The notes below the pieces were generated by a model. That model worked only from the letters and a program-made list of their open reading frames with translations. It was not told the origin of the DNA and ran no database searches. A stretch of DNA of 38,494 bases from contig JBHIAT010000011.1 of NCBI GenBank assembly GCA_046758705.1, positions 1 to 38,494 on the forward strand, in the 5' to 3' direction. Positions within the stretch are counted from its first letter, which is position 1, and each line of letters begins with the position of its first letter. The position numbers and the translations under genes were made by a program. This DNA is from Candidatus Bipolaricaulia bacterium (lineage in GTDB: Bacteria; Bipolaricaulota; Bipolaricaulia; JBHIAT01). This document shows, one piece after another, positions 15,996 to 26,043 of the stretch.

Positions 15996-18255
15996 TTCGA
16001 GAAAGCTCCCGCTTCACAGCGGCAATCTCTCGCTTGAGCTGATCTACCGATTCCGCCCCGTTCCCGTTCTCATTCCCATTCTCACCGTCGTATCGGAGCC
16101 GGTAGTATAGCTCGGTGACCCGTTCCACCCACTCAGCGATCCGGGGATCGTCAATGCGGCGGGCGAACTCCAGCGGAGTCCAGGCGCTGTTCCGTTTGAA
16201 CCCCTTTCGAGCCAGATGCTTCAAAAACCGCCGGTAGAGGTCGGTCACCGGGCCTCGTCTCGCCGGAGCCAGAGAACCGCGACCGAGGCCCCGGCCCCCG
16301 AGACCTCCACGTCGGATCAGGGCCAGAGCCACAACAACGACGATCAGACCGACTCCGATCACGTATCTGAGGTTGGCGAGCAACAGCGTCTTCCCCCGGC
16401 GAACCAGTTCGGTCAGGCTTTGGGTGGGCCTGTGCAATTGGGATTCGATTCTTTGTGATCGGGCACGAAACCCTCGGGCGAGGTTCACCTGGTCTTCGAG
16501 ATCGTAACTGACGAAATAGCGCATCCAAAACATCCTATAGGCATCGAGGTACAGCGGAAGGCGATGAAGCCAGGACCGCTTTGCGCCGACCGTCCCGCCC
16601 TCCAGGGCCGTCTGTTCGTCGTTCTCTGCCGAGCGGGCGATGAGCCCCTGATTTGGGTCAGGGGGGGTGGGATCGAAGGCGACCCAGCCCCGGCCCGGCA
16701 CGTAGGCCTCGACCCAGGCATGGGCGTTCGACTGACGGATGATATAGTAGCCACCGTACTCGTTGTACTCCCCACCGCGGTAGCCGGTCACCACCCGGGA
16801 TGGAATCCCGAGCGTTCGCAGCATGAGCGCCATCGACGAGGCGAAGTACTCACAATACCCAGCCCGTACATCGAACAGAAAACTCTCCAGCGGCCTCTGG
16901 GGATCGATCCGTGAGGTATCGAAGGTGTAGCCGAACTCGCGGATGAAGTAGGCCTCGAGCGTCTTGGCCTTCGCCAGGGGATCCCGATACCCAGCGGTCA
17001 GCGATCGGGCCAACGTCTTCATCCGGGTGAAGTTCTCGTCAGGCAACTTGAGATACCGCAACAGCAGATCTGCATCTCTCCCGATCGAACCGATGAGCAC
17101 GGAGGTGCTGGCCCGGGAAGAGGGTTTCGAGTAGACGGTGTACTTCAACTTCGCGATGTTGCCCGTGTTTCTGAAGATCGACCCGCCCCGATCGAGATGA
17201 AGATCGCCAAAACCGCCTTCAACGGCTCCGATCGTCGGTAGCCCGAATAGGAACCGGGTGGTTGTCGGCTCCAGATAGATATCCTGTCGGATGTAGCCTG
17301 AGGGCAGGTCGGAGATCCTTACCCCTCGATACTGGGGATCGATCAAGAACAGCCGTTGACCGGTCGACCGGCGCATCGCGCTGATGCGCCGCAGAGCGGG
17401 CAACGTGCTGCGCCATGCCTTGTCCCGATACTCATCCAACGTTGCCCCACGCCACAACAGCATCTCCGGCCTCAGATCCTCCCCAGGCGGGACTTTGAGG
17501 TCAACCCGCATGGCGATCGAGTCATCTCGCAACAGCCGACCGATATCCCCGAGTTGGACCACATCCGAAAAACCGGTCCTTGCGGTCCTCCCCCCGGCCA
17601 GCCCTTCGAGGTAGCCGGCGCCCAGCCTCGGCAACGAGAAGAAGAACACCAGGGTGGAGATGAACACCACTACGATCACCAGGGAACTCCCCACGAAGAA
17701 GGACGGGTGAATGACGCCTTCCAACCGCTCGTTGAAGTCGATTTGTACCTGAGCGTCGCCGGCCACCTGGGAGGCGAGCGGGTCCTCCTCCCCCTCGGCC
17801 TCCACCTTAAGCGTGTACAGGATCAACGTCCAAGCGAGCAGAATGACGAACGCGACGAACACCACCGAGAACAGCGCGCTCAACGTCAGGATCGAGGCAC
17901 CGATCAGTTGCAGAAAACTGAGGGCGTAGATCTGCAGATAGTCTCGGTTCGTCTTGGGGCTGAACAGCTTGATGAGCTGAAGCAGGATCAGGAGATGGAT
18001 GGCCACCATGACCAGAGAGCTGGAGAGGAAGAACAGCGAGGCGGCAGCGAAGAGCAGTACGGCAATTCCGAGGATGTTGGCGATCCGGCGAGACAGTTTT
18101 CCCCACTCCCGATACTCCAGATACCAACCGGCTGGCAGTGAAACGATCATCACCGCTTCCAGTACCGGGTTCAGTCGGCCGGCGATGAGCAGGGCCACAA
18201 AACCACAGGCCGCCAGCAGGTAGTTACAAGTCTTGAAGTAAGTCTTAAAGTCCAT
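15988..18255 (-). CDS. membrane transglutaminase-like protein (DUF3488 + TGc, TgpA-like)
   Basis: N-terminal TM bundle, TGFSD, catalytic triad GYCEYFAS / AHAWVE / FDPTP, and a C-terminal TM plus DUF4129-like tail. Confidence 0.9.
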   Translation of the reverse strand: MDFKTYFKTCNYLLAACGFVALLIAGRLNPVLEAVMIVSLPAGWYLEYREWGKLSRRIANILGIAVLLFAAASLFFLSSSLVMVAIHLLILLQLIKLFSPKTNRDYLQIYALSFLQLIGASILTLSALFSVVFVAFVILLAWTLILYTLKVEAEGEEDPLASQVAGDAQVQIDFNERLEGVIHPSFFVGSSLVIVVVFISTLVFFFSLPRLGAGYLEGLAGGRTARTGFSDVVQLGDIGRLLRDDSIAMRVDLKVPPGEDLRPEMLLWRGATLDEYRDKAWRSTLPALRRISAMRRSTGQRLFLIDPQYRGVRISDLPSGYIRQDIYLEPTTTRFLFGLPTIGAVEGGFGDLHLDRGGSIFRNTGNIAKLKYTVYSKPSSRASTSVLIGSIGRDADLLLRYLKLPDENFTRMKTLARSLTAGYRDPLAKAKTLEAYFIREFGYTFDTSRIDPQRPLESFLFDVRAGYCEYFASSMALMLRTLGIPSRVVTGYRGGEYNEYGGYYIIRQSNAHAWVEAYVPGRGWVAFDPTPPDPNQGLIARSAENDEQTALEGGTVGAKRSWLHRLPLYLDAYRMFWMRYFVSYDLEDQVNLARGFRARSQRIESQLHRPTQSLTELVRRGKTLLLANLRYVIGVGLIVVVVALALIRRGGLGGRGLGRGSLAPARRGPVTDLYRRFLKHLARKGFKRNSAWTPLEFARRIDDPRIAEWVERVTELYYRLRYDGENGNENGNGAESVDQLKREIAAVKRELSRIT

Positions 18256-18264
18256 GCTTCTGGG

Positions 18265-19299
18265 TTACACCGTCACCTGGATCCGGTCAACTTCCGGCAA
18301 GCTTCGCTCTGTAGGCCCAGATGTAGACGTGGGCACACGCTCCGGATCGAAGAGCGCCAGATGTCGCAAGATGTGATAAAGCCGCTCCTCACTCTTTCCA
18401 GGGCTGACGAGGCCCTCGGGCGTGGCCAAGCCTACCTCATAGCCCAACTCCAGGAGCCGCTTCGCCAGCGAAGCCGCCCGGGAGATCGCTTCCTCCAACC
18501 GGGGCTCACCGCTCTTCAACCCGTTTGAGATCTGCAACTGGATCAAGACTCTGCGCTCTTCCTCTTGCTCGAACTCCTTGACCATGAGCCGTCCCTGTTT
18601 CGCCGTGCTCGTCCAGTGGATATGCCGGGGGTTGTCCCCTTCGCTGAACTCCCGAACCCCGAACAGATCGTATCCATGCCCTTTATGATGCTGATTAGAG
18701 TCCTTACCCCCGTCTTGGATCCGATCGAGCTCGGGATCGACGTCGACCAACCTGGGGAAGACCAGGACGTCCTCGGGGGTACGCGTCTGGTAATACTTCT
18801 CAAACAGCCCAAACGGATAGCGGGTGGCGACTTCGAACCCACGGAGCTGCACGATTCCCCGTCGCTCGAATCGATGGGGGAAGCGCTCCTCCACCACGCC
18901 GGATGGGGAAGCTTTGAGGAACAAGACGGTGCGATCTTGGGCCACCGGCTCCAGCTCCCGAATCTTCAGCGCGAAGGACGGGAGCCGCCGCTTGAGATTT
19001 CGCACGATCAGCCGATGGGTGTACCGCCTGCCGGCGTAGAGTTCCGTCGGGAGCCCCCGGGCCACGGAGATACGCCGTAACGAAAGTTCGGAGAGAATAC
19101 CGGAGGCGAGGATGAAGCTCAACATCATGCCTGCCAGCAGATAGAGGAGGTTGTTGCCGGTGTTCAACGCGGCGATGATCGTCACGATACAGATGACGAT
19201 GTAGATCTTGCCCAGTCGGGTGATCCGGAATGCCTTCCGTGGCCGGAGCCACCTGATCCATCTCCAACCACGGGCGTCAGGAGCAGGCCACGGGCTCAC
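18265..19299 (-). CDS. DUF58 domain protein
   Basis: [44 protein letters not shown]. Confidence 0.92.
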   Translation of the reverse strand: MSPWPAPDARGWRWIRWLRPRKAFRITRLGKIYIVICIVTIIAALNTGNNLLYLLAGMMLSFILASGILSELSLRRISVARGLPTELYAGRRYTHRLIVRNLKRRLPSFALKIRELEPVAQDRTVLFLKASPSGVVEERFPHRFERRGIVQLRGFEVATRYPFGLFEKYYQTRTPEDVLVFPRLVDVDPELDRIQDGGKDSNQHHKGHGYDLFGVREFSEGDNPRHIHWTSTAKQGRLMVKEFEQEEERRVLIQLQISNGLKSGEPRLEEAISRAASLAKRLLELGYEVGLATPEGLVSPGKSEERLYHILRHLALFDPERVPTSTSGPTERSLPEVDRIQVTV

Positions 19300-20282
19300 A
19301 AGGGAACCTCCACCATCTCCAAGATCTCCTGAATCACCCGTTCCTGCTGCTCCCCCCGTTCAATGGGTGTGCCAGCCACCCCGGCCAGAACCACCCGATG
19401 GGCGAGGACGGCCGGCGCGAGCTGCTTAATGTCATCGGGGGTACAATAGTCTCGACCCTCGATCACCACCAGCGCCTGGGCCGCCCGCTGCAAGGCCAAC
19501 GCCCCTCGAGGACTCACCCCCAGCTCAAGCAGCTCCGAGGATCGAGTCGCGACAACGATCCTCAGGATGTAGTCCTGAAGATCTCCGTCCACGACAACCT
19601 CCCGGACCATCTGCTGCAGAACGAGCACCTCGTCTCCAGAGAGCACCGGCTCCAGCTCCGCCAGCAGTCGATCGGGGGACCCGATCTCCAGGATGCGCTT
19701 TTCGTCCTCCCGGCTGGGATAGCCGATCCGGATCCGCATCAGAAAGCGATCGAGTTGGGACTCCGGCAGCGGGTAGATCCCGTGATATTCATGGGGGTTC
19801 TGGGTCGCCAGGATCATGAACGGTTCGGGAAGCGGATGAGTCCGACTATCGATCGAGATCTCAGCCTCGCTCATTGCCTCCAGGAGTGCGCTCTGGGTCT
19901 TCGGTGTCGCCCGGTTGATCTCATCGGCAAGCACGATGTGAGCGAAGATCGGTCCTCGCTTGAACTCGAACTCGCCGCGCTTTTCATTGTAGACATTGAC
20001 CCCCAGGATGTCCGACGGCAATAGGTCGCTCGTGAACTGGATCCGCCGGAACGAGCCGGCGAGCGATTTGGCCAGTCCATGCGCCAGGGTCGTCTTTCCC
20101 ACCCCAGGGACATCCTCGATCAGGAGATGTCCGTTCGCGAGCAGGGTAATGACCGATAGCTTGACCACCTGGGATTTGCCCTGGATAATCCGCTCAACGT
20201 TCTCCCGAAGCGCGGAGAGTTTTTCATAAATAGCGGATTGATCAACAGAGTTTCTCTGTGGCTTACGATTGAAAGGATCCAT
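19296..20282 (-). CDS. MoxR family AAA+ ATPase
   Basis: [59 protein letters not shown]. Start placed at ATG 20282. Confidence 0.95.
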   Translation of the reverse strand: MDPFNRKPQRNSVDQSAIYEKLSALRENVERIIQGKSQVVKLSVITLLANGHLLIEDVPGVGKTTLAHGLAKSLAGSFRRIQFTSDLLPSDILGVNVYNEKRGEFEFKRGPIFAHIVLADEINRATPKTQSALLEAMSEAEISIDSRTHPLPEPFMILATQNPHEYHGIYPLPESQLDRFLMRIRIGYPSREDEKRILEIGSPDRLLAELEPVLSGDEVLVLQQMVREVVVDGDLQDYILRIVVATRSSELLELGVSPRGALALQRAAQALVVIEGRDYCTPDDIKQLAPAVLAHRVVLAGVAGTPIERGEQQERVIQEILEMVEVPL

Positions 20283-20302
20283 GCTTTCCGTTCTATAATT
20301 GA

Positions 20303-20352
20303 TGATTGTACTCAATATTGATTGTACCCAATATTCCTTATTTATTGTACCC
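20303..20352. repeat. tandem 16-bp repeat TGATTGTACYCAATAT x2 plus a partial third copy
   Basis: TGATTGTACTCAATAT at 20303-20318, TGATTGTACCCAATAT at 20319-20334, TTATTGTACCC at 20342-20352. Confidence 0.85.
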
Positions 20353-20383
20353 GGGAGGCAACGGCCGCCACAACCGGAGTGAT

Positions 20384-20413
20384 TTGCTGGCTGATTGCGG
20401 CTGGTGGTATAAT
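20384..20413 (+). promoter_or_regulatory. candidate sigma70 promoter with extended -10
   Basis: TTGCTG (20384-20389), 18-nt spacer, TATAAT (20408-20413) preceded by TG-G. GGAGGAGG RBS at 20431-20438. Confidence 0.65.
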
Positions 20414-20448
20414 TGGATCCAGCCCTACAAGGAGGAGGAAAACAGTTC

Positions 20449-22905
20449 ATGACTAGGAGAATGACAGCACTTATTGCATGGTTTGCCTTCACCTTGCTCC
20501 TCATCGCTGGCTGCGCTCCGCCCCAGGCCCAACCGGACCTGTCCGTCACCCGGGAGCGCGTCATCGCCGTGATGAGGTTCCAGGAGATCGGCGAGCAAGA
20601 ACTTGCCGCCACCACGACCGAATCGTTTATTACCTCGTTTGCCCAAACCGGGTCGTTTCGTATGGTTGAGCGCACTCAACTCGACCGGGCTATCGAAGAG
20701 CTTCAGTTGGGAGAGTCAGGATTGGTTGATCCGTCGACCGCCAAACAGGTCGGCAAGTTCATTGGGGCCGACATTATCGTCGTCGGCAGTGTCGCCACCC
20801 TGGGAGATCAGGTCATGGTCAACGGCCGGTTCATCGATGTGGAGTCCGGGGCGATCCTGGTGGCCGAGAGCCGCCGGGGGCGGCGAACGTTGGATTCGAT
20901 CCAGAGAATCTCCGACGAGATGGTGGCGCGGCTGACTCGAGCTTACGCTGTCCAACTCCAGATCCAGATCGCCGAAGCGGAACAGATCGAGGCAGAGGCG
21001 GAGGTGGAAGGGGTCCAGCCCATCCCCTCCGGCAGGCGGACGGTCGCCTGGACACAGCCAGGCGGCGGAGATACCGATGTGGAACTCACCGACCTCATCA
21101 TCGCGGTCGGGTTCAGTGAGATCGTCGACCAGGCGGCGGTCGAGGCAGCGTTCCGGTTCACGGATGACGCCGGTGAGTCGGTAAGCGGTTTCTTCGATTG
21201 GTGGAGCGATCTTGAGTTCGCGTTCCAGCCCGATGAACCCCTGGCTCCGGATACCTCTTACACGGTGACGATCGATACGGCAGCCGGGATTGAGGTTCCC
21301 CATACCACCACGTTTACCACCGAGCCGCTCCGGGTGCTCAGAGTCTTTCCCCGAGACGGCGCGACCGACGTTCCGCTCTCCCCCGATTTCGTGTTCTCTG
21401 TCGAGTTCAACACGGCCATGGATCGCGCCGCCGTCGAGGAGCATCTGACCATCCAAGATGAACAGGGGGAGATGGTGACCCCCAGCGAGGTCGACTGGTA
21501 TGGCTTCGACAATAGCTCTGTCTTCGAGCTCTACCCGGATCGCCCGCTCAACCCCGAGACCACCTACACGATCACCGTGCCGCCCGAGGCCACCGCCCGA
21601 AACGGCACCGGTCTGCGTGAAACCTATACGTCCACGTTTACCACCGAGCCGCTCCGAGTGATCAACGTCTCACCCAGAGATGGTGCGACCAATGTCCGGC
21701 TGGTCGATACCGAGATCGCCGTTGCGTTTAACACGCTCATGGACCGTGCCACCGTCGAGGAGCATCTGACCATCCAAGATCAGGGCGGGGAGTCAGCGAT
21801 CGGCCAGATCGAATGGTCGGAGGAATACGACCGGTCCGTCTTCAGCCTCTACTTGGACGTGCCCCTCAACCCGGGGGGCACCTACACGATCACCGTGCCG
21901 CCCGAGGTCACGGCTCAAAACGGCGTCGGTCTGCAAGCACCCTTTACCTCCTCCTTTACCACCGAGCGGCTCCGGGTGACCAAAGTCTTTCCCCGAGACG
22001 GCGCGACCGATGTCAAGCTCGAGACCTCGTTCGCCGTCGAGTTCAACGCGGCTATGGACCGCGCCGCGGTCGAGGAGCATCTGATCATTCGGGACGAGCG
22101 CGGTGAGGGGATCATCGGCCAGCTCAGTTGGTACGGATATGACGACAGCTCCGCTTTCGACATTTACCTGGACGTACCACTCAACCCCGAGACCACCTAC
22201 ACGATCACCGTGCCGTCCGAGGCCACCGCCCAAAACGGCGCCGGTCTGCCCGAGCCTTACACCACTACCTTTACCACCGGGCTGCTGCGCGTGATCAACG
22301 TCTTTCCCCGAGACGGCACGACCAACGTCAAGCTCGATACCTCGTTCACCGTCGAGTTCAATGCAATCATGGATCGTGCCACCGTCGAGGAGCACCTGAT
22401 CATTCAGGACGAGCGCGGCGAGGGGATCGTCGGTCAGCTCAGTTGGTATGGACACGACGACAGCTCCGTCTTCGACATCTACCCCGATCTCCCGCTCAAT
22501 CCCAGAGCCACTTACACGATCACCATCCCGCCCGAGGCCACCGCTCGAAACGGCGTCGACTTGCGTGAGCCCTACATTGCCACGTTCACCACCGGGCCGC
22601 TGCGCACGACCGGGTTCGAACCACGGGACGGGGCATCCGGAATCAGTCCGGAGAGCACTCAGGTCACGATCACCTTCAACGCACTTATGGACCGGGCGGT
22701 GGTCGAGGCAGCGTTTCGAATCGTCGACGCGGACGGAATCCCGGTGAACGGCGAGTTCGACTGGTGGAGCGAGAACGGCTTCTCCTTCTACCCGGAGGTG
22801 GAGTCGAACACGACCTACACCGTCATCCTCACGCGGGATGCAGTCGCCAGAAACGGGGTGGGGCTTGAAGAAGAGCTCCGTTTCTCGTTCACCACTGGAC
22901 GATGA
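20449..22905 (+). CDS. lipoprotein with a CsgG/HfaB/FlgO-like N-terminal domain and six Ig-like (Big_5-type) repeats
   Basis: Lipobox IAGC. IAVMRF...FRMVERTQL...EE.QL..SGLVD..TA.QVGK.IGAD..VVGS...RFIDVESG.I is CsgG-like. Repeats read P.DGATDV...V.FN..MD...P..PL.P.T.YT.T......FTT. Confidence 0.85.
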   Translation: MTRRMTALIAWFAFTLLLIAGCAPPQAQPDLSVTRERVIAVMRFQEIGEQELAATTTESFITSFAQTGSFRMVERTQLDRAIEELQLGESGLVDPSTAKQVGKFIGADIIVVGSVATLGDQVMVNGRFIDVESGAILVAESRRGRRTLDSIQRISDEMVARLTRAYAVQLQIQIAEAEQIEAEAEVEGVQPIPSGRRTVAWTQPGGGDTDVELTDLIIAVGFSEIVDQAAVEAAFRFTDDAGESVSGFFDWWSDLEFAFQPDEPLAPDTSYTVTIDTAAGIEVPHTTTFTTEPLRVLRVFPRDGATDVPLSPDFVFSVEFNTAMDRAAVEEHLTIQDEQGEMVTPSEVDWYGFDNSSVFELYPDRPLNPETTYTITVPPEATARNGTGLRETYTSTFTTEPLRVINVSPRDGATNVRLVDTEIAVAFNTLMDRATVEEHLTIQDQGGESAIGQIEWSEEYDRSVFSLYLDVPLNPGGTYTITVPPEVTAQNGVGLQAPFTSSFTTERLRVTKVFPRDGATDVKLETSFAVEFNAAMDRAAVEEHLIIRDERGEGIIGQLSWYGYDDSSAFDIYLDVPLNPETTYTITVPSEATAQNGAGLPEPYTTTFTTGLLRVINVFPRDGTTNVKLDTSFTVEFNAIMDRATVEEHLIIQDERGEGIVGQLSWYGHDDSSVFDIYPDLPLNPRATYTITIPPEATARNGVDLREPYIATFTTGPLRTTGFEPRDGASGISPESTQVTITFNALMDRAVVEAAFRIVDADGIPVNGEFDWWSENGFSFYPEVESNTTYTVILTRDAVARNGVGLEEELRFSFTTGR
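21313..22896 (+). repeat. intragenic tandem repeats of about 300-325 bp encoding Ig-like domains
   Basis: TTYACCAC unit boundaries at 21313, 21637, 21955, 22270, 22585 and 22888 (periods 324, 318, 315, 315, 303). Confidence 0.9.
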
Positions 22906-22919
22906 CCGTCTGGGTCCAA

Positions 22920-22949
22920 TTGAACCTGCTAAGGGTCAACGGCTATAAT
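22920..22949 (+). promoter_or_regulatory. candidate sigma70 promoter for the bamA cluster
   Basis: TTGAAC (22920-22925), 18-nt spacer, TATAAT (22944-22949). Confidence 0.55.
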
Positions 22950-22958
22950 TTTTACGCT

Positions 22959-25202
22959 ATGTCAGGTTTGCAACCCACTCTATCGCCACTCGGTCCAACG
23001 CGGAGACCATCGTCGTATCCACTCCCGTTCGCCACGATCCTCGTGGGGTTCGCTCTGCTCCTGTTGTTCATGCTCCCGGTCACAGGCTCGGCTCAACTCC
23101 TTCAGTCTCAGCTGATTCCCGTCGGTCAGATCACGATCACCGGGAATGCGCTCATCCCGGATGAAGAGATCAAGGCCCGGGTCACGTTCCGCGAGGGCGA
23201 TACGATCACCCAGGCTCGGATTCGGGATACCCTGCAGCGGATCCTCGATCTTGGCACCTTGAAGAGTGTAAACGCGGAGCTCGAGCCGCTCCCGTCAGGG
23301 CGGGTCGAGGTGGTGTTTATCGTCGAAGAGAACCCGGTGATCGAGGAGATCGTGTTCTCGGGCAACACACTTCTGAACAGGAAACGACTGGTTGAAATCC
23401 TGGGGGAGAGCAGTGTCCAGGTGGGGGAGATTCTGAACATCAACGAGCTGCGCTCCGGGTTGGGGGCGATCCTCCAGGTGTATCAGCAGGAGGGTTATAT
23501 CCTGATCGACATCCCGACCGACGCGATCAAACTGGAGAGCCACCTCGAGATCGAGATCGTCGAGATGAAGATCGAAGCGATCGAGCCCCAAGGGCTGGAG
23601 ACGATCCCCGAGGAGATCGCGATCCAACTGGTGAGCATCCCGCTGAATAAACCGGTCCGGCTCACCGATGTGCAACAGACCTTCCAGAATATCAACCGGT
23701 CCGTCTACTTCGAGCCGGTCAGGCTGGAGGATTTCCAGGTCGCGCCCGGAAGCGACCGGGATCGAGTGAGGCTGGTGCTCCAGCTCCGAGAGCGGAGAAT
23801 TATCGACGCGCCCCAGCCGATCGGTGAGGCGATCTTTTCGGGAAACACGGTCTTCTCCGATGAGCAATTGGAAGGACGGTTGAAGCTCCCCGAAGGGGAG
23901 GTCGACAACTTCGGGCTGCTCCAGGGGCTGCAAGCGGTGGTGGATCTCTATCATCGCAACGGCTATACGCTCATGGATCTGTCCGGGACTCATGTCGAAG
24001 GAGAGCAGTTGGAGATCGAGATATTCGAGGGTCGGATCGATGCGATCGTGATCCGGGGGAATGAGCTCACCAAGGATTACGTCATCGCTCAAGAGATTCA
24101 GCTTCAGCCCGGCCAGGTCTTCAACCAGACCCCCCTGAGGGTGACCTTTCTCAGACTCATCCAGCTCGGCTACTTCGACGACGTCTTGCTCAACTACGAG
24201 CTGAACCCGGCCGGAGACGGAGGCGATCTGGTCGTCACCGTCGTTGAGCGGGAACGACTGGGGAGCTTGAGCGGCGGACTGTCCTTCTCCACGAGTACCG
24301 GGTTGGTGGGGAATCTGCAGCTCGCCCGAAAGAACCTGCTCGGCACCGGCCAGGACATCGCTTTCAACTTCGAGAATGGATTGAGCCAAGGGGAAGGCGA
24401 CAGCAGACTGCTCACCAACTACGAACTCCAGTATGACACTCGCGGGCTGCTCGGCCGAAACCTATCGTTCAGCGGGGTTCTGTTTCAGCAGGCCACTGAG
24501 GACGTCAACAACGGAACGATCACCACCACCCAAGGGGGGAGGGTTTCGGTGGGATTTCCACTGGAGACGTTCCGTCTCTCCGTCGGCGGTCGAGCTGAGA
24601 CGTTCGTCGAGGAGACGACGGGGACCCAGACCAACGGCAATACCGTCGCCCTCAACCTGGGCGCCGTCCACGACACGCGAAACAGCCCGTTCTTCCCGAC
24701 CCAAGGGGGGCAACAGACGTTGCTGATCGAGCCGGGGATCCTCACGGAGGACTCGACCAGGACGGAGTTCACCAAGTACCAGGCGATCCTGATCCAGTTC
24801 TTCCCCACCGGCCTGGACCAGACCTTCGGCGTCCGGCTGTGGGGCGGGTGGGGACAGTCCCTCCCCGACGACGAGCGGTTCTTCTTCGGTGGGTCGCAGT
24901 CGGTGCGAGGGATCCGGCCGATCAGCCGGGTGTCTCAGATGCTGATCGCCAACCCGGAGTACCGGGTCCAGTTCCAACAGGGCTTCTCGGGAGCGCTATT
25001 CGTCGATTTGGGCTACGCCCTCGAATCCGAGATCTCCGGGATCCAGCCGAGGTGCTCCACGTCATTAGTCTGCTCCACGGGCCTGGGTCTGCGTTTTGAC
25101 ACGCCACTCGGCGTTCTGCGGTTCGACTTCGTCTGGCCTTATGATATCACGACTGGATTTGGGGCGATGGTCGTTGAGTTCGGGATCGGTCAGATGTTCT
25201 AA
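22959..25202 (+). CDS. bamA: BamA/Omp85 outer membrane protein assembly factor with about five POTRA domains
   Basis: Repeated I...GN POTRA starts, NLLGTGQ, DTRNSPFFPT.G, GG..SVRG, G.GLRFDTPLG.LRFD and C-terminal FGIGQMF. Start uncertain (22902 or 22959). Confidence 0.9.
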   Translation: MSGLQPTLSPLGPTRRPSSYPLPFATILVGFALLLLFMLPVTGSAQLLQSQLIPVGQITITGNALIPDEEIKARVTFREGDTITQARIRDTLQRILDLGTLKSVNAELEPLPSGRVEVVFIVEENPVIEEIVFSGNTLLNRKRLVEILGESSVQVGEILNINELRSGLGAILQVYQQEGYILIDIPTDAIKLESHLEIEIVEMKIEAIEPQGLETIPEEIAIQLVSIPLNKPVRLTDVQQTFQNINRSVYFEPVRLEDFQVAPGSDRDRVRLVLQLRERRIIDAPQPIGEAIFSGNTVFSDEQLEGRLKLPEGEVDNFGLLQGLQAVVDLYHRNGYTLMDLSGTHVEGEQLEIEIFEGRIDAIVIRGNELTKDYVIAQEIQLQPGQVFNQTPLRVTFLRLIQLGYFDDVLLNYELNPAGDGGDLVVTVVERERLGSLSGGLSFSTSTGLVGNLQLARKNLLGTGQDIAFNFENGLSQGEGDSRLLTNYELQYDTRGLLGRNLSFSGVLFQQATEDVNNGTITTTQGGRVSVGFPLETFRLSVGGRAETFVEETTGTQTNGNTVALNLGAVHDTRNSPFFPTQGGQQTLLIEPGILTEDSTRTEFTKYQAILIQFFPTGLDQTFGVRLWGGWGQSLPDDERFFFGGSQSVRGIRPISRVSQMLIANPEYRVQFQQGFSGALFVDLGYALESEISGIQPRCSTSLVCSTGLGLRFDTPLGVLRFDFVWPYDITTGFGAMVVEFGIGQMF

Positions 25203-25220
25203 TCGGGAGGAGGAAGCGAG

Positions 25221-26018
25221 ATGTTCGAGCGGACGATCCGGGTTGGCATCGGAATCGGTCTGTTCCTGGTGTTGGTCGGGTTATTGAGCACCGAAGCCCA
25301 GGTGCTGCCGCCACTCAAAATCGGATTGATCAACGTGCAACAGGTGTTCAATGAATATGAGGGAACGACTCAGGCGGTCGAGCAGTTCCAACAACGGTAC
25401 CAGGAGAATCAGGACCAGTTGAATGCCTTGCAACGGGAATTCGAAGCGGGTAATATCTCAGAGGAGCAGTTCGAGGAGGTCCGGCAGCGGCTGGAGGCGG
25501 AGCTTGATCTCGTGGATCAACAGATGACCGCTGAGATCATCCGGGAGATCGATCGGGTCATCAAGGAGTTCGGCCGAGAGGAGGGATATGACCTGATCAT
25601 ACGCACCGAAGGCGTCCTGTATGCCCGGGAGGGGTTGAACATCACCGATCAAATCATCGTCCGGTTGAACGCCGAGTTGCACCAACGGACCAGTTACACG
25701 ATTTACAGCTCCATAGACATCAGCACGCGGGAACTGAAACGGACCCAGCGGGTGATCATCGTCCCGAAGGGGCTGGCGAGGAAGGACCTCCGTGGCATCA
25801 TCGACGAGGTAGTTGACAAACAGCAGGATTTCGATCAAATATTGATATTCGATGAGGTCCGTGACGGGGAGATGCTCCCCCGATCTGAGTTTGCCCATTA
25901 CGTCGGACAGGTGGCCTACGTGTCCCCGAAAGGGGAGGCAAACGGGCAGGGGCTTTCCCAGATCGATGAGCAGATCGATCGCATCCAGATCGATTGGAAT
26001 GAGCTTTACTTTAATTAA
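25221..26018 (+). CDS. skp: OmpH/Skp family chaperone with a C-terminal extra domain
   Basis: Signal peptide, KIGLINVQQVF, a coiled region, GYDLII...VLYA...NITDQII..LN, then about 112 extra aa. Strong GGAGGAGG RBS. Lies directly after bamA. Confidence 0.85.
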   Translation: MFERTIRVGIGIGLFLVLVGLLSTEAQVLPPLKIGLINVQQVFNEYEGTTQAVEQFQQRYQENQDQLNALQREFEAGNISEEQFEEVRQRLEAELDLVDQQMTAEIIREIDRVIKEFGREEGYDLIIRTEGVLYAREGLNITDQIIVRLNAELHQRTSYTIYSSIDISTRELKRTQRVIIVPKGLARKDLRGIIDEVVDKQQDFDQILIFDEVRDGEMLPRSEFAHYVGQVAYVSPKGEANGQGLSQIDEQIDRIQIDWNELYFN

Positions 26019-26043
26019 GAATTAAGATGGGGCGCAAGGAGCG

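Noticed and set aside
21955..22585. Near-identical repeats as a diversity-generating retroelement TR/VR pair
   Set aside because: Differences are mostly C/T changes, many synonymous, and not adenine-specific. Both copies are in-frame domains and no reverse transcriptase is present.
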